Shown: piece by piece, positions 36,786-46,981 of the stretch
Layout: each line of letters starts with the position of its first letter
Position numbering within the stretch: the stretch's first letter is position 1
Source: a virus
IMG/VR virus record: IMGVR_UViG_3300045199_000074
Reading direction: 5' to 3' (one strand)
DNA: 50,419 bases
Translations under genes and position numbers: made by a program
Notes under the pieces: model-generated
What the model saw: only the letters and a program-made list of their open reading frames with translations
Told to the model about the DNA's origin: nothing
Databases searched by the model: none

Positions 36786-38255
36786 ATGAATATTGATGTC
36801 AATTTCGATTACATTATCTCGTATGTGCCATATAGGCATAAAAATGCGAATATTGCGTATGGCCGCGCGAATGTGCAGGTTGCAGTTCGAGAGCTGTCGC
36901 CAACCGAAGCGCCATTGGTCGCTAAAATCGGGCAGAAAACTAATTCCATTCAAGATGATGCTAAGAAATTCTCTTTTAAAAATGGCGATGAGCCTCGTGA
37001 AATTCGGTTCATAGATGGGCAATATTTTATAGAAAAATACTCGGTGGAAGAATTCAATAAGTGTCTTGAGAAAGACTACAAGGGGACGCTTTTTGATGAA
37101 GCTAGTCCTAAGGCGTCGAGCCATAATCGACGTGAAATCACGTACACAACGGGCGAGGAAATTCTGGCATCTCAACCATTTCACGCACCTCATCGCACCA
37201 TCAGTGACGACAAGGGTGCTGGAAAGGCAAGCGAACTCACAAAATTGGCTGAACAGCTTTTGATCGTCGATGGTGTTGTTTATGAGGAAATCCCAGAACC
37301 CGTGTTCACGATTTCCAAATATACCGAGAAGCCTTCGGTCACATGCCGTGGGAGAGGTTCTTTCTCTCGATTTGATTATGAAGAACACTCAATTTACGGA
37401 CTGCTCTCGGACAGAGGTGAGACTACTTGCAATATCAACCTAGCACAGAAGTATTCTGAGGGATTCCGCAGAGAACTGCCTCACATAGAAATCTTTGATT
37501 CCACGGTGTTTACATACGATGGCGACAATAGAGACACTATGTCTTTGGCATCTAATCTCAAGAATTGTTTGGAAAAAGACGCCGCAAGGTTACCTTTGCC
37601 TTACCTGCAGAAATGGTTCGATTTCCGTGATGCATACGAAGATGCGGGAAATCGAGTGACCGACAGATTGATTGCGGCAGTTAAGGAATTTTCCGAGATC
37701 GAACTAAGTGCAGATCTGATCGAAGACATTCGCATTGGGGCAATACGTGAAGGTATTCATCGCATGTACCAAGTGAAGAGTGAGGACAATCTTTCCTCCG
37801 CTAGACAAGGAGTTTTTGGCGAAGATCTTGATGCTATTAAAGGTGCTGCTGAAAAGACCCTCAGACGATGGGGAAAAAGGGACGAACATGAAACCTGGCC
37901 AATCCTGTCAGGCCCTGTCTCTGCAATTAGTATCGGACAAAACCGTGTGATGGAACTCGGTTCAAAGGGTCATGTAGTTGATTGCTGCAAACTCTCAGGA
38001 ATGAATCTCCATGCAGCGACCAAAGTGGTCGAAAGCGGCAAGCGGATAATTGCATCCATACATGCACACGCAACAGGTGGGCATGCGGTTGCAACGCTCG
38101 ACGAGAATGATTTCATCGAGATTATTTCTCCGCTTGATGAAAATATGCGTCAGGAAATCGAGGGCCATTTTTCTGAATTCGTTCGTGTCACAAATGAGGC
38201 CAGGCTCAAGGAAGAAGATATGCTGGCATTCGCAACTATCAGCCTCGGGAGCTAA
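36786..38255 (+). CDS. Hypothetical protein, paralogue of the next gene
   Basis: Shares V.VRE....EAPLV, IR.IDG and L.IVDG.VYE...EP motifs with 38260-39762. Confidence 0.75.
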   Translation: MNIDVNFDYIISYVPYRHKNANIAYGRANVQVAVRELSPTEAPLVAKIGQKTNSIQDDAKKFSFKNGDEPREIRFIDGQYFIEKYSVEEFNKCLEKDYKGTLFDEASPKASSHNRREITYTTGEEILASQPFHAPHRTISDDKGAGKASELTKLAEQLLIVDGVVYEEIPEPVFTISKYTEKPSVTCRGRGSFSRFDYEEHSIYGLLSDRGETTCNINLAQKYSEGFRRELPHIEIFDSTVFTYDGDNRDTMSLASNLKNCLEKDAARLPLPYLQKWFDFRDAYEDAGNRVTDRLIAAVKEFSEIELSADLIEDIRIGAIREGIHRMYQVKSEDNLSSARQGVFGEDLDAIKGAAEKTLRRWGKRDEHETWPILSGPVSAISIGQNRVMELGSKGHVVDCCKLSGMNLHAATKVVESGKRIIASIHAHATGGHAVATLDENDFIEIISPLDENMRQEIEGHFSEFVRVTNEARLKEEDMLAFATISLGS

Positions 38256-38259
38256 TTAA

Positions 38260-39762
38260 ATGCGCTTTGAAGTCCCAACTCATTATGAAACAAATTACCT
38301 TCTTCCGAAAAAGAGGAATGATGAAACGGCTGTATTCTCGACAGTGGTCTCCGTTGACATTCGTGAGGTCCCTGCTGACGAAGCGCCTATCGTTCACGTT
38401 CTTGGTGAGAGGAAGCCAGAAAGAGACCCAGACAGTTCTGTTCAGTATCGTGCTCGATACCAAATGATCAACGGTAAGCCTGTCGAAGTACGATCTATTG
38501 ACGGTGAGCTTTACGTTCAGATCGCTACTGTAGACATGCTGATGGAACAACTGAAAAGTTATGAGAATGACGAGAACAATGTGTTCTCAGGCGGAAGTTA
38601 TGGTGGTAGATCAGCTGGTTTGTTTGGTGACAAGCGGTACCAGAAAGATACATTGGATTACTCAAACTTCCATGACTATGAAACCGCGAATAAAATAATT
38701 GGCGTTAGAAAAGTGGTCTCGTTTTTGGATGATACAGCGCGATCATTGCAAAAATATGCCGATGAATTGGCAATTATTGAAGGCTTCGTCTACGAGAAAA
38801 CTGTCGAGCCTGCGCTTTTGCTGACATACACATTCGAGGGCAAGTTGCAGCTCTGTTTGTCTGAATCCCGTAAAAACCACCTCTCTAAAGCCAGATATCA
38901 TCTGCAAAGGAACGAGGATGCTGCGGGCATGCGGTTCGGCTTGGATGAATTGGATCGCGCTCTGGAAGAAGGTAAGCGGATTGCAGATTATACTGGGATG
39001 GAATTCGTCAACCGGGTAACTATCGACCGGATATCCCCATGGGAAGTTGAGTTCCGTGGGGATATGGAGATGGTCTATAATACGGCGAAGAGCTTCGTAC
39101 ATCATGTTGCGAAAAACGTTCGTGCCCTTGATAAGTATCTGGCGACCGCTTGGTATGATATGAGCATGGCGGTATCGAAGCATCATCAGCCGACAGCTGA
39201 AATGATTGACGCCATGAGGCGTGTGGAAGCCGCTGATTTGGATTTATTCGTTAACGAGAGAGAAAATTCAGAATTCTCGACATTCAAGCATGACGTAAAT
39301 TATGCTTCTCCAGATAACTTCGTGAGGTCTATCAAAGATGTCAAGGAAGGGCTGCGTTTATGGGACAGCAGAACTCCTGGCACTCTTGAATGGCTCGATA
39401 CGAGCTTGAATATTCCGCCGACCTATAGCGAGAGTGAGCGCGCTTGGGAGGTTGTCGACTGTCATACGTTGCGAGACCTCGCACTGGAATATGACATCGA
39501 TCTCTCAGAGTACATGACTTTTGCCTTGGAAGGCCGAGGCAACATTATTGTTATTAGTCCGATCAAAGGTGGCACCGAAGGTTCGAAGGCGATAGTGCTT
39601 GTCGATACAAATGAGAATGAGCCAAGGGTTGCCACTTATGTAACGCGCCACGGCACCAAGCTATCCGATGAGCATCTGATGATAGCGCTTCGTTATGTCA
39701 GCAAGGGCTTGCAATTGGCTGAGGAGCAGAGCCTTATTCCAACGTTCGGCCTGGAATGTTAA
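38260..39762 (+). CDS. Hypothetical protein, paralogue of the previous gene
   Basis: VDIREVPADEAPIV, VRSIDG and LAIIEGFVYEKTVEP. Starts 4 nt after the previous stop. Confidence 0.75.
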   Translation: MRFEVPTHYETNYLLPKKRNDETAVFSTVVSVDIREVPADEAPIVHVLGERKPERDPDSSVQYRARYQMINGKPVEVRSIDGELYVQIATVDMLMEQLKSYENDENNVFSGGSYGGRSAGLFGDKRYQKDTLDYSNFHDYETANKIIGVRKVVSFLDDTARSLQKYADELAIIEGFVYEKTVEPALLLTYTFEGKLQLCLSESRKNHLSKARYHLQRNEDAAGMRFGLDELDRALEEGKRIADYTGMEFVNRVTIDRISPWEVEFRGDMEMVYNTAKSFVHHVAKNVRALDKYLATAWYDMSMAVSKHHQPTAEMIDAMRRVEAADLDLFVNERENSEFSTFKHDVNYASPDNFVRSIKDVKEGLRLWDSRTPGTLEWLDTSLNIPPTYSESERAWEVVDCHTLRDLALEYDIDLSEYMTFALEGRGNIIVISPIKGGTEGSKAIVLVDTNENEPRVATYVTRHGTKLSDEHLMIALRYVSKGLQLAEEQSLIPTFGLEC

Positions 39763-39797
39763 CAGCCTGCCAAGCTGTTAGCTTGATAGGCTGTTAA
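39759..39797. terminator. Bidirectional terminator
   Basis: TTAACAGCCT..CAAGC-tgtta-GCTTG..AGGCTGTTAA between convergent genes. Confidence 0.65.
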
Positions 39798-39826
39798 ACT
39801 ATCAGACAAACTAAATGTTGGTTGTT

Positions 39827-41077
39827 TTACGCGGCCTTTTCGTTTTCGTGCTCTATTGCAATTTGATTGATAACGGTCGGTGCCATTGCCTTCGCTATCT
39901 CAGTGAACATTGGAATGATGACTGAATTTCCGAACTGCTTATAGGCCTGAGTATCGGATACGGGGATAATCATTTCAGATTCACCAGGATACTCAAATCC
40001 CATGAGGCGAGCACATTCACGCGGTGTGAGGCGTCTAGGATTTTTCCCTTCCTGATGTATCAGGATTTCAGCACCATCCTTGTAATATCGCGCAGTGAGT
40101 GTTCTGGCGATATCGTTTGGCCCATGCATCCCATAGCCAAATCCATTGCCCTTTTCCTTATGCAATGCTGCATGTGCTTGGAGATACGACCATAAACCAT
40201 CCGTCAGCGTGTATTTTTCGTGAACGACCCCATCAGTTGCAAATCTGTCATCGTTCTCACTAGCCTCACCAGGCGAATGCAGGATATCACCCAGAACAGG
40301 TTGCCGATTGGTTCTTGTATTGACTGTGTCGAAGTCAAACTGAAACCCATCCCTGAAGCCGACGATAGCTATACGAGGCCGTCGTTGAGGAACCCACGGT
40401 GTTCCTTCCATGACCTTCCATGCGATTGTGTAACCTAGATCATTCTGCAGAACGTTTTTAATTACTTCAAAAGTTCTCCCCTTATCATGCGCGGCCAGAT
40501 TTCGGACGTTTTCAAGTAGGAATGCTTTCGGTCTCTTTGCTTTGATAATGCGGGCAACGTCGAAAAATAGTGTGCCTTGCGTTTTGTCTTCGAAGCCATG
40601 TGGAGTGCCAGTGGAATTTTTCTTAGATACACCTGCAAGAGAAAATGGCTGGCATGGAAAACCCCCGACTAGAATATCATGATCAGGAATTGTTGCTGCA
40701 TCGACCAGAGTTATGTCGCCTGCCACTTTGTGACCAACGCCATAATTTGCAATGTATGTTTCAACTGCTGTTTTATTCCATTCACTGGTAAAAACGCATT
40801 CACCTCCAGCATTTTCAAACGCTTTTCGAAGGCCGCCAATCCCAGCAAATAAATCAATAAATTTGAATCTATTATTATGCTTATGCCTAGGTTCTGGCTG
40901 TAAATTACGTAATTTATTAATTATCTCATGAGGGGTCGATTCAGTTCCGATCTCCCATTTCTTTAATTGGGCGGATTTAACGCCCAATAATTTGGCAATA
41001 GCTGCCGTATTTTGACCTGTGGCAGCGCGAAGCAGAAATGTGTCTGCAAAATAAGGAGAAGCTTTTTCTATCATCAT
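39827..41077 (-). CDS. dcm: C5-cytosine DNA methyltransferase (Dcm/EcoRII/SsoII-like) with an N-terminal HTH
   Basis: IDLFAGIGG, GGFPCQPFS, LLENV, VPQRR.R, TLTARYYKDG, RRLTPRECARLMGF and YKQFGNSV. N-terminal IAKLLGV....LKKWE.G. Confidence 0.9.
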   Translation of the reverse strand: MMIEKASPYFADTFLLRAATGQNTAAIAKLLGVKSAQLKKWEIGTESTPHEIINKLRNLQPEPRHKHNNRFKFIDLFAGIGGLRKAFENAGGECVFTSEWNKTAVETYIANYGVGHKVAGDITLVDAATIPDHDILVGGFPCQPFSLAGVSKKNSTGTPHGFEDKTQGTLFFDVARIIKAKRPKAFLLENVRNLAAHDKGRTFEVIKNVLQNDLGYTIAWKVMEGTPWVPQRRPRIAIVGFRDGFQFDFDTVNTRTNRQPVLGDILHSPGEASENDDRFATDGVVHEKYTLTDGLWSYLQAHAALHKEKGNGFGYGMHGPNDIARTLTARYYKDGAEILIHQEGKNPRRLTPRECARLMGFEYPGESEMIIPVSDTQAYKQFGNSVIIPMFTEIAKAMAPTVINQIAIEHENEKAA

Positions 41078-41138
41078 ACATAAATGCTTCCCCTTATTTT
41101 TAATTCTGGCAACAGGGAATTAATAAAAATTGCAAAAA

Positions 41139-41987
41139 TTACGCGCTACCTGCAGGTACCATGTGCTCCAGTCCAGCTTCCGCTCCATAATTATCGATTA
41201 CAAAGTCATCTTCATAAAGAGAAGGAATAATTAGTCCAAGAGGGATCTCCATTAACTCGACTTCATCAATATTTATGTAGCGATCATCGCCTTCGTCTTC
41301 CATCTTGAAAAATGGCCCGATTGGCCTTCCTTCCGTGGCATTATCAACCAGGGTTCTAAACGGACAAGTTTCTGGTCCACCACTTGGGTAGTCTGGTTCT
41401 ACCCGTATTGGTTCTGGTCTAGGAGATGCCGATGAAACGATGGTAATGTTATTTGCATCTTCTATTGACGAAAAGCGAGCGCAGCTTGCTTCGTTTCGAA
41501 ACTGAATCTCTTTCATACCAGATTTCTTGAGTAAGATTGTCCGGCAATCCGCAATGAAAACGAAATAACCTTCAGAATTTGTAGAGGTTTCAATGTCGTT
41601 AGTCATTTTCAGCATCTCGATAGATGAGATTCGATAGCGTCTTTCATTGCCTGATTTGAGCTTTAGAATCATGAACCAAAGGTCAGGATCGGGATCAATG
41701 CCAGCCTTGAAAAGAGCATTCCAATTGTTTGTCGAAAGCATTCGCGTACGCAATTCTTCATGTGAAATTCCTTCCTCATTGAATTCGTCTACGTACCCAT
41801 CCAGGCTAGGATAAATTTCTTCAATATCACATTCCATCGCGTCAGCAATTGCGCACACAGTGTCAAAATGTATGGCCCCCAAACCGCGTTTAGCCAATGA
41901 AATCTCCAGGACATCTACACCTACGTCATTCGCAAGTTCGTGAATCGACGTTTCGGCTTCCTCAATGAGCTGAGATAATTTATTCAC
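41139..41987 (-). CDS. XRE-type HTH protein, strongly acidic
   Basis: SIHELANDVGV....IS...RG......TVCAIADAMECDIEEI. GTG start with GGAG RBS. Confidence 0.65.
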   Translation of the reverse strand: MNKLSQLIEEAETSIHELANDVGVDVLEISLAKRGLGAIHFDTVCAIADAMECDIEEIYPSLDGYVDEFNEEGISHEELRTRMLSTNNWNALFKAGIDPDPDLWFMILKLKSGNERRYRISSIEMLKMTNDIETSTNSEGYFVFIADCRTILLKKSGMKEIQFRNEASCARFSSIEDANNITIVSSASPRPEPIRVEPDYPSGGPETCPFRTLVDNATEGRPIGPFFKMEDEGDDRYINIDEVELMEIPLGLIIPSLYEDDFVIDNYGAEAGLEHMVPAGSA

Positions 41988-42080
41988 TTTATGTCTCCAA
42001 ATTAATTTCCATATTTATGGTCAACGTGTCAGATGATTGGGTCAATCAAAAACATGAAAACTGGGAAAAATAAAAACCAT

Positions 42081-43562
42081 TTACATTCTGCGTCCCGCGA
42101 TTAAACTTTCAATACTGATTTCTGGATATCTTGGAGCTAGATCACTAAATACTTCTTTAGATGACCTGTTTGACATAACCACGCCGTTTTCTAACGAAAA
42201 CTTTAATCCAGATATATTTTCTGGTGAAAAATTCAACGGATTGTCAGATTTAAACACTGGGGAAATTTGTCTGATGTAATCTTGCTGAGAAAGATGTGAT
42301 AAGTCTAAAATCCAACACTGCACGTTATTCATGTTGTCCGCAATTTTTCTGAGTTGATACATGTCCTTCGCAATAGTGTTCATGTCGATACGTGTCATAA
42401 ATGACCTGTGTTGAAAGAGGTCCGTCATAAATTTCTTCTTATCTTCGTTTGATTTTATTCGTCTTCTCGCAAAATCATCGTGGAATGCCATATGGCATTT
42501 GAAGCAAACCGTCATTAGTCCTTTTAATTTCTGAATGCCGATTGAGACATTTTCACTTGGCCGTATCCATTCCCACATTTCGTGACAATCAACTGTATCT
42601 CGTCTTTGCGCATCGTTTTTGATGTCCATTCGATCCAATAGATCACCGCTGCGCTTGCCACATACAACACACCTATAATCGGTCTTAGAGGCGTTTGTGG
42701 TTCGTATATGTACCCATGTTTGTTCGTCAAATAAGGTGTGTAAGTTCATTCTCTCAGCGGTTTTGGGTTCCTTTGGCCAGAATTTGAAATCGGATGGGTT
42801 TTCCCTGAACGCGAGCGGCAAGAAACGTTCAAAAGGTTTTAGATCAGTGTTTTCAGGAATGTAATAGTTACCTCCCTTTTTCATGTATGAATCATATTTT
42901 GCACCCATTGAATTTGCCTGATACCCAAAATTCCGTGGTATAGGTAGGTATATCCTTTCATGAAATGAACTTTCATATGGAAGTAGTTGTATTATCCTGC
43001 CTTCACTTTTCTTGATTGCCGCTGGCTTGCGTAACGTGATACTGCTGCACTCGCGAGCTATATCCTGAATAATTATTACGACTTGAAGGATATCGGATTC
43101 CTTTATTATTTTCTGATGTTTAATGTCCATAATGGCTTTATGCATTTTAGCAGCCAGTGGCTCTGGTATCAGATTTAGGTGTTCTTTTTTTGTGCTTATT
43201 GTTTGAATCGTTTTCAGCGTCGACTTCATACTTCGCAGTACACGCATTTCATTAGCCAGGTTCTCTTTGGCATTATTGATGGCTGTTGAATTTCTTTTGT
43301 ATTGTTTTTTAAGTTGAGGGATTTTTCTGTTCCACAGTTTCCCGCATCCGGCTTTCCATATATCTGCCATAATCGGCAACTGAGACCATGCAGGCCCTGC
43401 TTGCCTCGATAATATTCCTTTTTTTAGTTCCTCATTGATTTTGCTGGCATGTTCAATTTTTCGCTTGAGATCGCTAATTTTCCGATGTTTTTCGTGTTGG
43501 AATTTGCTAATAATTAAAGCGATTTGATCAGCACCATATTTTATATTGTTCTTTAATTTCAT
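42081..43562 (-). CDS. Coiled-coil / DUF5710-like / HNH-like Zn-binding nuclease domain protein
   Basis: RIYLPIP....ANSMGAKYD, W..IR......YRCVVCG, DCHEMWEW and QKLKGLMTVCFKCHMAFH. Confidence 0.6.
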   Translation of the reverse strand: MKLKNNIKYGADQIALIISKFQHEKHRKISDLKRKIEHASKINEELKKGILSRQAGPAWSQLPIMADIWKAGCGKLWNRKIPQLKKQYKRNSTAINNAKENLANEMRVLRSMKSTLKTIQTISTKKEHLNLIPEPLAAKMHKAIMDIKHQKIIKESDILQVVIIIQDIARECSSITLRKPAAIKKSEGRIIQLLPYESSFHERIYLPIPRNFGYQANSMGAKYDSYMKKGGNYYIPENTDLKPFERFLPLAFRENPSDFKFWPKEPKTAERMNLHTLFDEQTWVHIRTTNASKTDYRCVVCGKRSGDLLDRMDIKNDAQRRDTVDCHEMWEWIRPSENVSIGIQKLKGLMTVCFKCHMAFHDDFARRRIKSNEDKKKFMTDLFQHRSFMTRIDMNTIAKDMYQLRKIADNMNNVQCWILDLSHLSQQDYIRQISPVFKSDNPLNFSPENISGLKFSLENGVVMSNRSSKEVFSDLAPRYPEISIESLIAGRRM

Positions 43563-43657
43563 GCGCCGACGTCCTCGACTTAATTTTATCCTTTAATTAA
43601 ACTCCGAACATGGCTTAAAGAAAACAATTCTCTCTTCTTGACCAATGGCTAAAAATT

Positions 43658-44167
43658 ATGGCTTCATCTATGTGTGTTAAAAATAGCGGGATACCGATGT
43701 TGAATCCGAGAATGCTGGGAATTATTTCTGCTGCCACATTTATGGTTGGATTGTACGATGCTTGTGCTCAAGATCGTAGCAATCCTTTTATTGCTCCCCC
43801 TACAGAGGCAGAAGAACAGGCGCGTCAAGATGAGCGCATGCGTAAAATTGTCTGGGAGCTGCAACCTGAGTTGAAATCTCTCATCATGCTTGATGTCAAT
43901 TCATCCCAAGCGTCATTGGAAATTAAGATGCGTAGGCGTATTGATGCTGCAATAAAAGAAGTGTCGGCCGATATAGCTAAACAAGTGCCAGTATCTTCCG
44001 CCGGTGGTGAAAATAATGCTTCTGACGGTTCGTCGGTGCCCAGTAATATCCCTGAGAATTCAAAATTCATTTCTTGCGTAAACGGAAAGGCTCTCTATCG
44101 TGACAGCAATAATACACTCTTCCAGGTGGCGGAAAGCGGCAACGGCATCAAGCATTGCACTAATTAG
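43658..44167 (+). CDS. Secreted type IV pilus accessory protein (PilP-like position)
   Basis: Signal peptide, RSNPF.PP, and C-terminal FISCVNGKALYRD. First gene of the pilus operon. The start may be 43697. Confidence 0.55.
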   Translation: MASSMCVKNSGIPMLNPRMLGIISAATFMVGLYDACAQDRSNPFIAPPTEAEEQARQDERMRKIVWELQPELKSLIMLDVNSSQASLEIKMRRRIDAAIKEVSADIAKQVPVSSAGGENNASDGSSVPSNIPENSKFISCVNGKALYRDSNNTLFQVAESGNGIKHCTN

Positions 44168-45659
44168 CGCCATTCTGGCTGGCTGCACGACATCTCTGCC
44201 AAAGCCTAATTCGTTGCCCGATGCAAAGACGCAACAAGATAAGGTGACACAGAAGTTTATAAGTGATGCGCCAGTGGCAATCGAACGTATCAAAGTGCCA
44301 AAATCTTCGATGAAGGCTGTGTCTGTCGGTGCGCCGCTTCCATCGCATATTGCATCTATGCCTATTGATGTAAAATTCCCTGCAGACAATGAAGCTACGC
44401 TTGCATCTCTTGTACAGACTTTGAGCGCTGTGAATGTTCAGGTTGCTTTTCAGTGGAGTAATCCATCGCAAGGCGAGGATATTTTGCAACGTAAACTGCC
44501 ATTTCTCGCGTTTCAGGGGACCATTGGAGAAATGATGTCGGCTCTGCGTACAGGTCTTGGCATCGTTACATGGTATGAAAATGGTCTGATTTATATATCT
44601 AATCAAGAACGATATGCGATTACATTGCCGCAAAACAAAGATATTCTTGATTCCGTAAAAGATGAGATCAAGAGCCTGGGCGCAGACAATATTGTTGTTT
44701 CATTGCGTGGCGGTAAAATTATATATACAGCTTCACCGACGACTCAAGATCAGGTTATTGGTCCGTTCCTGGAGAGAATGGCCCGAAATTTGGCTGTCGT
44801 CAATTTACAGGTCGCCGTTGTCAGTCTTTCTTTGTCTGACAAATCTGATAGCGGCTTTGACTGGAATAAATTCCAAGTTGCGCTCAATAGCACACCAAAG
44901 GGCATCGACGATCTAACTCGCAGTAAAAATGAAAATACAGGTTCGTATTCTTCGGGTAGTGAAAACACTGAGGAACGGGGTGAGGCTGGTGACTTGGTTG
45001 GTCACGCTATTGATCTCACAAATGCTGGCCTCTCTCTCTCCAAGACTAATTTGGGCAATGTGTTTGGCACTTATGGTGCAGTTACTGTTGCGGGTGCAAT
45101 TAATTTCCTTTCCACTTTCGGGCAAACGACAGTTACACAAAACGTGCAGCTAAAGACGCTTTCCGGATCGGTTGTTAAATTGCAGTCAGGACAGGAAGTA
45201 CCTTACGTTAAGGGCGTTTCAAATACCAACAACGGTGACAATTCTATTGGTTCGACGGAAACCGAAACTGTTGAAACTGGCTTGACTGTTGAAATGAAGC
45301 CGCATTACGACGGTGACGCTGAAGTAGTGACTGTTGATGTCGATGTCAAACTTGATGCTATTCTTGAATTCGTTGAATTGAAGGCTGGCAATCAGATTGG
45401 CACATTGACCCAGCCGCTCGTTCAAAAACAGAACATGACAGATATCGTTCGAGTTCAAGCAGGGCGTACTGTGGTCATTGGTGGATTGCAGTTCGATACC
45501 GAAGACGAAAAAGGCACCGAGCCTGCGTTCTTGCGTAAAAAACTACAGGAAACGGGTCGCTCTGATAAAACATACGGTTCGCGTAGTAATAACATTTCTA
45601 GAAATGCACTCTTTATCATTCTGCGACCGACTCTAACTGTTTATGAAGCGGAGCGTTGA
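44100..45659 (+). CDS. Lipoprotein secretin (PilN/BfpB/GspD-like)
   Basis: Lipobox ILAGC and secretin-domain motifs SGFDW, GQEVPYV, VETGL, VRVQAGRTVVIGGL and LFIILRP. Confidence 0.88.
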   Translation: MTAIIHSSRWRKAATASSIALISAILAGCTTSLPKPNSLPDAKTQQDKVTQKFISDAPVAIERIKVPKSSMKAVSVGAPLPSHIASMPIDVKFPADNEATLASLVQTLSAVNVQVAFQWSNPSQGEDILQRKLPFLAFQGTIGEMMSALRTGLGIVTWYENGLIYISNQERYAITLPQNKDILDSVKDEIKSLGADNIVVSLRGGKIIYTASPTTQDQVIGPFLERMARNLAVVNLQVAVVSLSLSDKSDSGFDWNKFQVALNSTPKGIDDLTRSKNENTGSYSSGSENTEERGEAGDLVGHAIDLTNAGLSLSKTNLGNVFGTYGAVTVAGAINFLSTFGQTTVTQNVQLKTLSGSVVKLQSGQEVPYVKGVSNTNNGDNSIGSTETETVETGLTVEMKPHYDGDAEVVTVDVDVKLDAILEFVELKAGNQIGTLTQPLVQKQNMTDIVRVQAGRTVVIGGLQFDTEDEKGTEPAFLRKKLQETGRSDKTYGSRSNNISRNALFIILRPTLTVYEAER

Positions 45660-45660
45660 C

Positions 45661-46608
45661 ATGGCAAACTCCCAGGATAACTGGACACCACTCAATGCCA
45701 TGATCAGCTGGAATGAAGGCATTGGTTCTAAAAAAGATGCCGCTGACATTGCGAAAGGGTATATTGCGAAACGGTTTACTGCGAGTGCTGTTAGTTGGTA
45801 TGCTTTTGCACCATTTCTTGGTGGGTATCTTTGGGAAGCTCAGGAAGGTGGCCAAGGCAAGGGGTATATTGAAGCGGTTATTGCGGCGCTGACAAATGAC
45901 CCGACTAAGCAGTACTGGTTTCCAACAGGAGATCGCGCATTCAGAGTGATGATGCGCGATGGTAAGCCACTCGGCATTCTTCTTTCAAAGCGTGAGAGCC
46001 AGGATGTCTTTGAATCTGGTGTTCCGCCATTATTGCCAACATCGAAGATGCGGCCAGCACAACGGAAGGGTACGGCAACGATGATCGTTGGTATCTCAAT
46101 GTGTGGCTCTGGTGCGTTATATTTTCTATCATCCCTCACATTCTATGCTTTGTTTGCTAATCCTGGACCTTCAGTTCCAGCAGTCAATTTTGCTGAATTG
46201 CCTCACGCTCAATGGAACCGTGTGGTCAACACGAAAGTAACAGAAATAGTTTCCAAACTTGAATATAAGGACAAGGAATGGAACGCAGTTGTCCGGTATC
46301 ATGATGTTCCTGGATTGAAAGCATTAAAGGATAAAACTCAAGTGTCTCTTGATAAAGTAAAACAGAACATTGAGCCTATGCCTGTTGTTGAGCCTGATCG
46401 ATTTTCTGACCTTAATGGTGGGGCTGAAGTTTCGCCAGCAGCGTCTGAACCAAGTGAAACGATTGTCGCACCGACGAATACTTCTCCAAAACCAGGAGAT
46501 ATTGATGCATTAAAGGAGGAGATTAGACAGAAAAATGCCGCTAAAAATGCAACAAGTCCTGAAAATGGTGGAAATGAATTAGATCCTGCCAAAATTCTGA
46601 AGGAGTAA
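45661..46608 (+). CDS. Type IV pilus accessory inner-membrane protein (PilO-like position)
   Basis: Single central TM helix, downstream of the secretin. Start ATG 45661 after GGAG. Confidence 0.55.
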   Translation: MANSQDNWTPLNAMISWNEGIGSKKDAADIAKGYIAKRFTASAVSWYAFAPFLGGYLWEAQEGGQGKGYIEAVIAALTNDPTKQYWFPTGDRAFRVMMRDGKPLGILLSKRESQDVFESGVPPLLPTSKMRPAQRKGTATMIVGISMCGSGALYFLSSLTFYALFANPGPSVPAVNFAELPHAQWNRVVNTKVTEIVSKLEYKDKEWNAVVRYHDVPGLKALKDKTQVSLDKVKQNIEPMPVVEPDRFSDLNGGAEVSPAASEPSETIVAPTNTSPKPGDIDALKEEIRQKNAAKNATSPENGGNELDPAKILKE

Positions 46609-46612
46609 TAAA

Positions 46613-46981
46613 ATGAAGTTTAGGACATCGATTGGTGTAGGCCTTATTTTATCATCCTTTGCTTTTTTTGCTGGAGGAACCCTTATTCTGAGAGATGCAA
46701 CGGACGTTAAATTGAGATCAGAACGTCAGATTGTGGCCACTGAAAAACAGTGTATCAATCTATTAAAAACGTTGCCTAACGCCAATGTTGTGATGGCAAA
46801 TGATGATGTAACTGTTATTATAGGAAAGATCGTTGACCCTCGTAAGGCACTTACAGATGCCACTGTTGCATCTTTGATGTGTCCCAATAAAACGCTTTCG
46901 GACATTTGTCTTGGGGATAAGTGTGGGCCTGGAGAAAAGGCGGAGGTTGCTTTGCGGCTTAAATTTACAAAGGGAAAATAA
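46613..46981 (+). CDS. Membrane-anchored pilus operon protein
   Basis: N-terminal TM helix and four Cys. AGGAG RBS. Confidence 0.6.
   Translation: MKFRTSIGVGLILSSFAFFAGGTLILRDATDVKLRSERQIVATEKQCINLLKTLPNANVVMANDDVTVIIGKIVDPRKALTDATVASLMCPNKTLSDICLGDKCGPGEKAEVALRLKFTKGK

Noticed and set aside
36702-37388. 228-aa minus-strand ORF
   Set aside because: It is antisense to the 489-aa gene, which is supported by paralogy with its neighbour.
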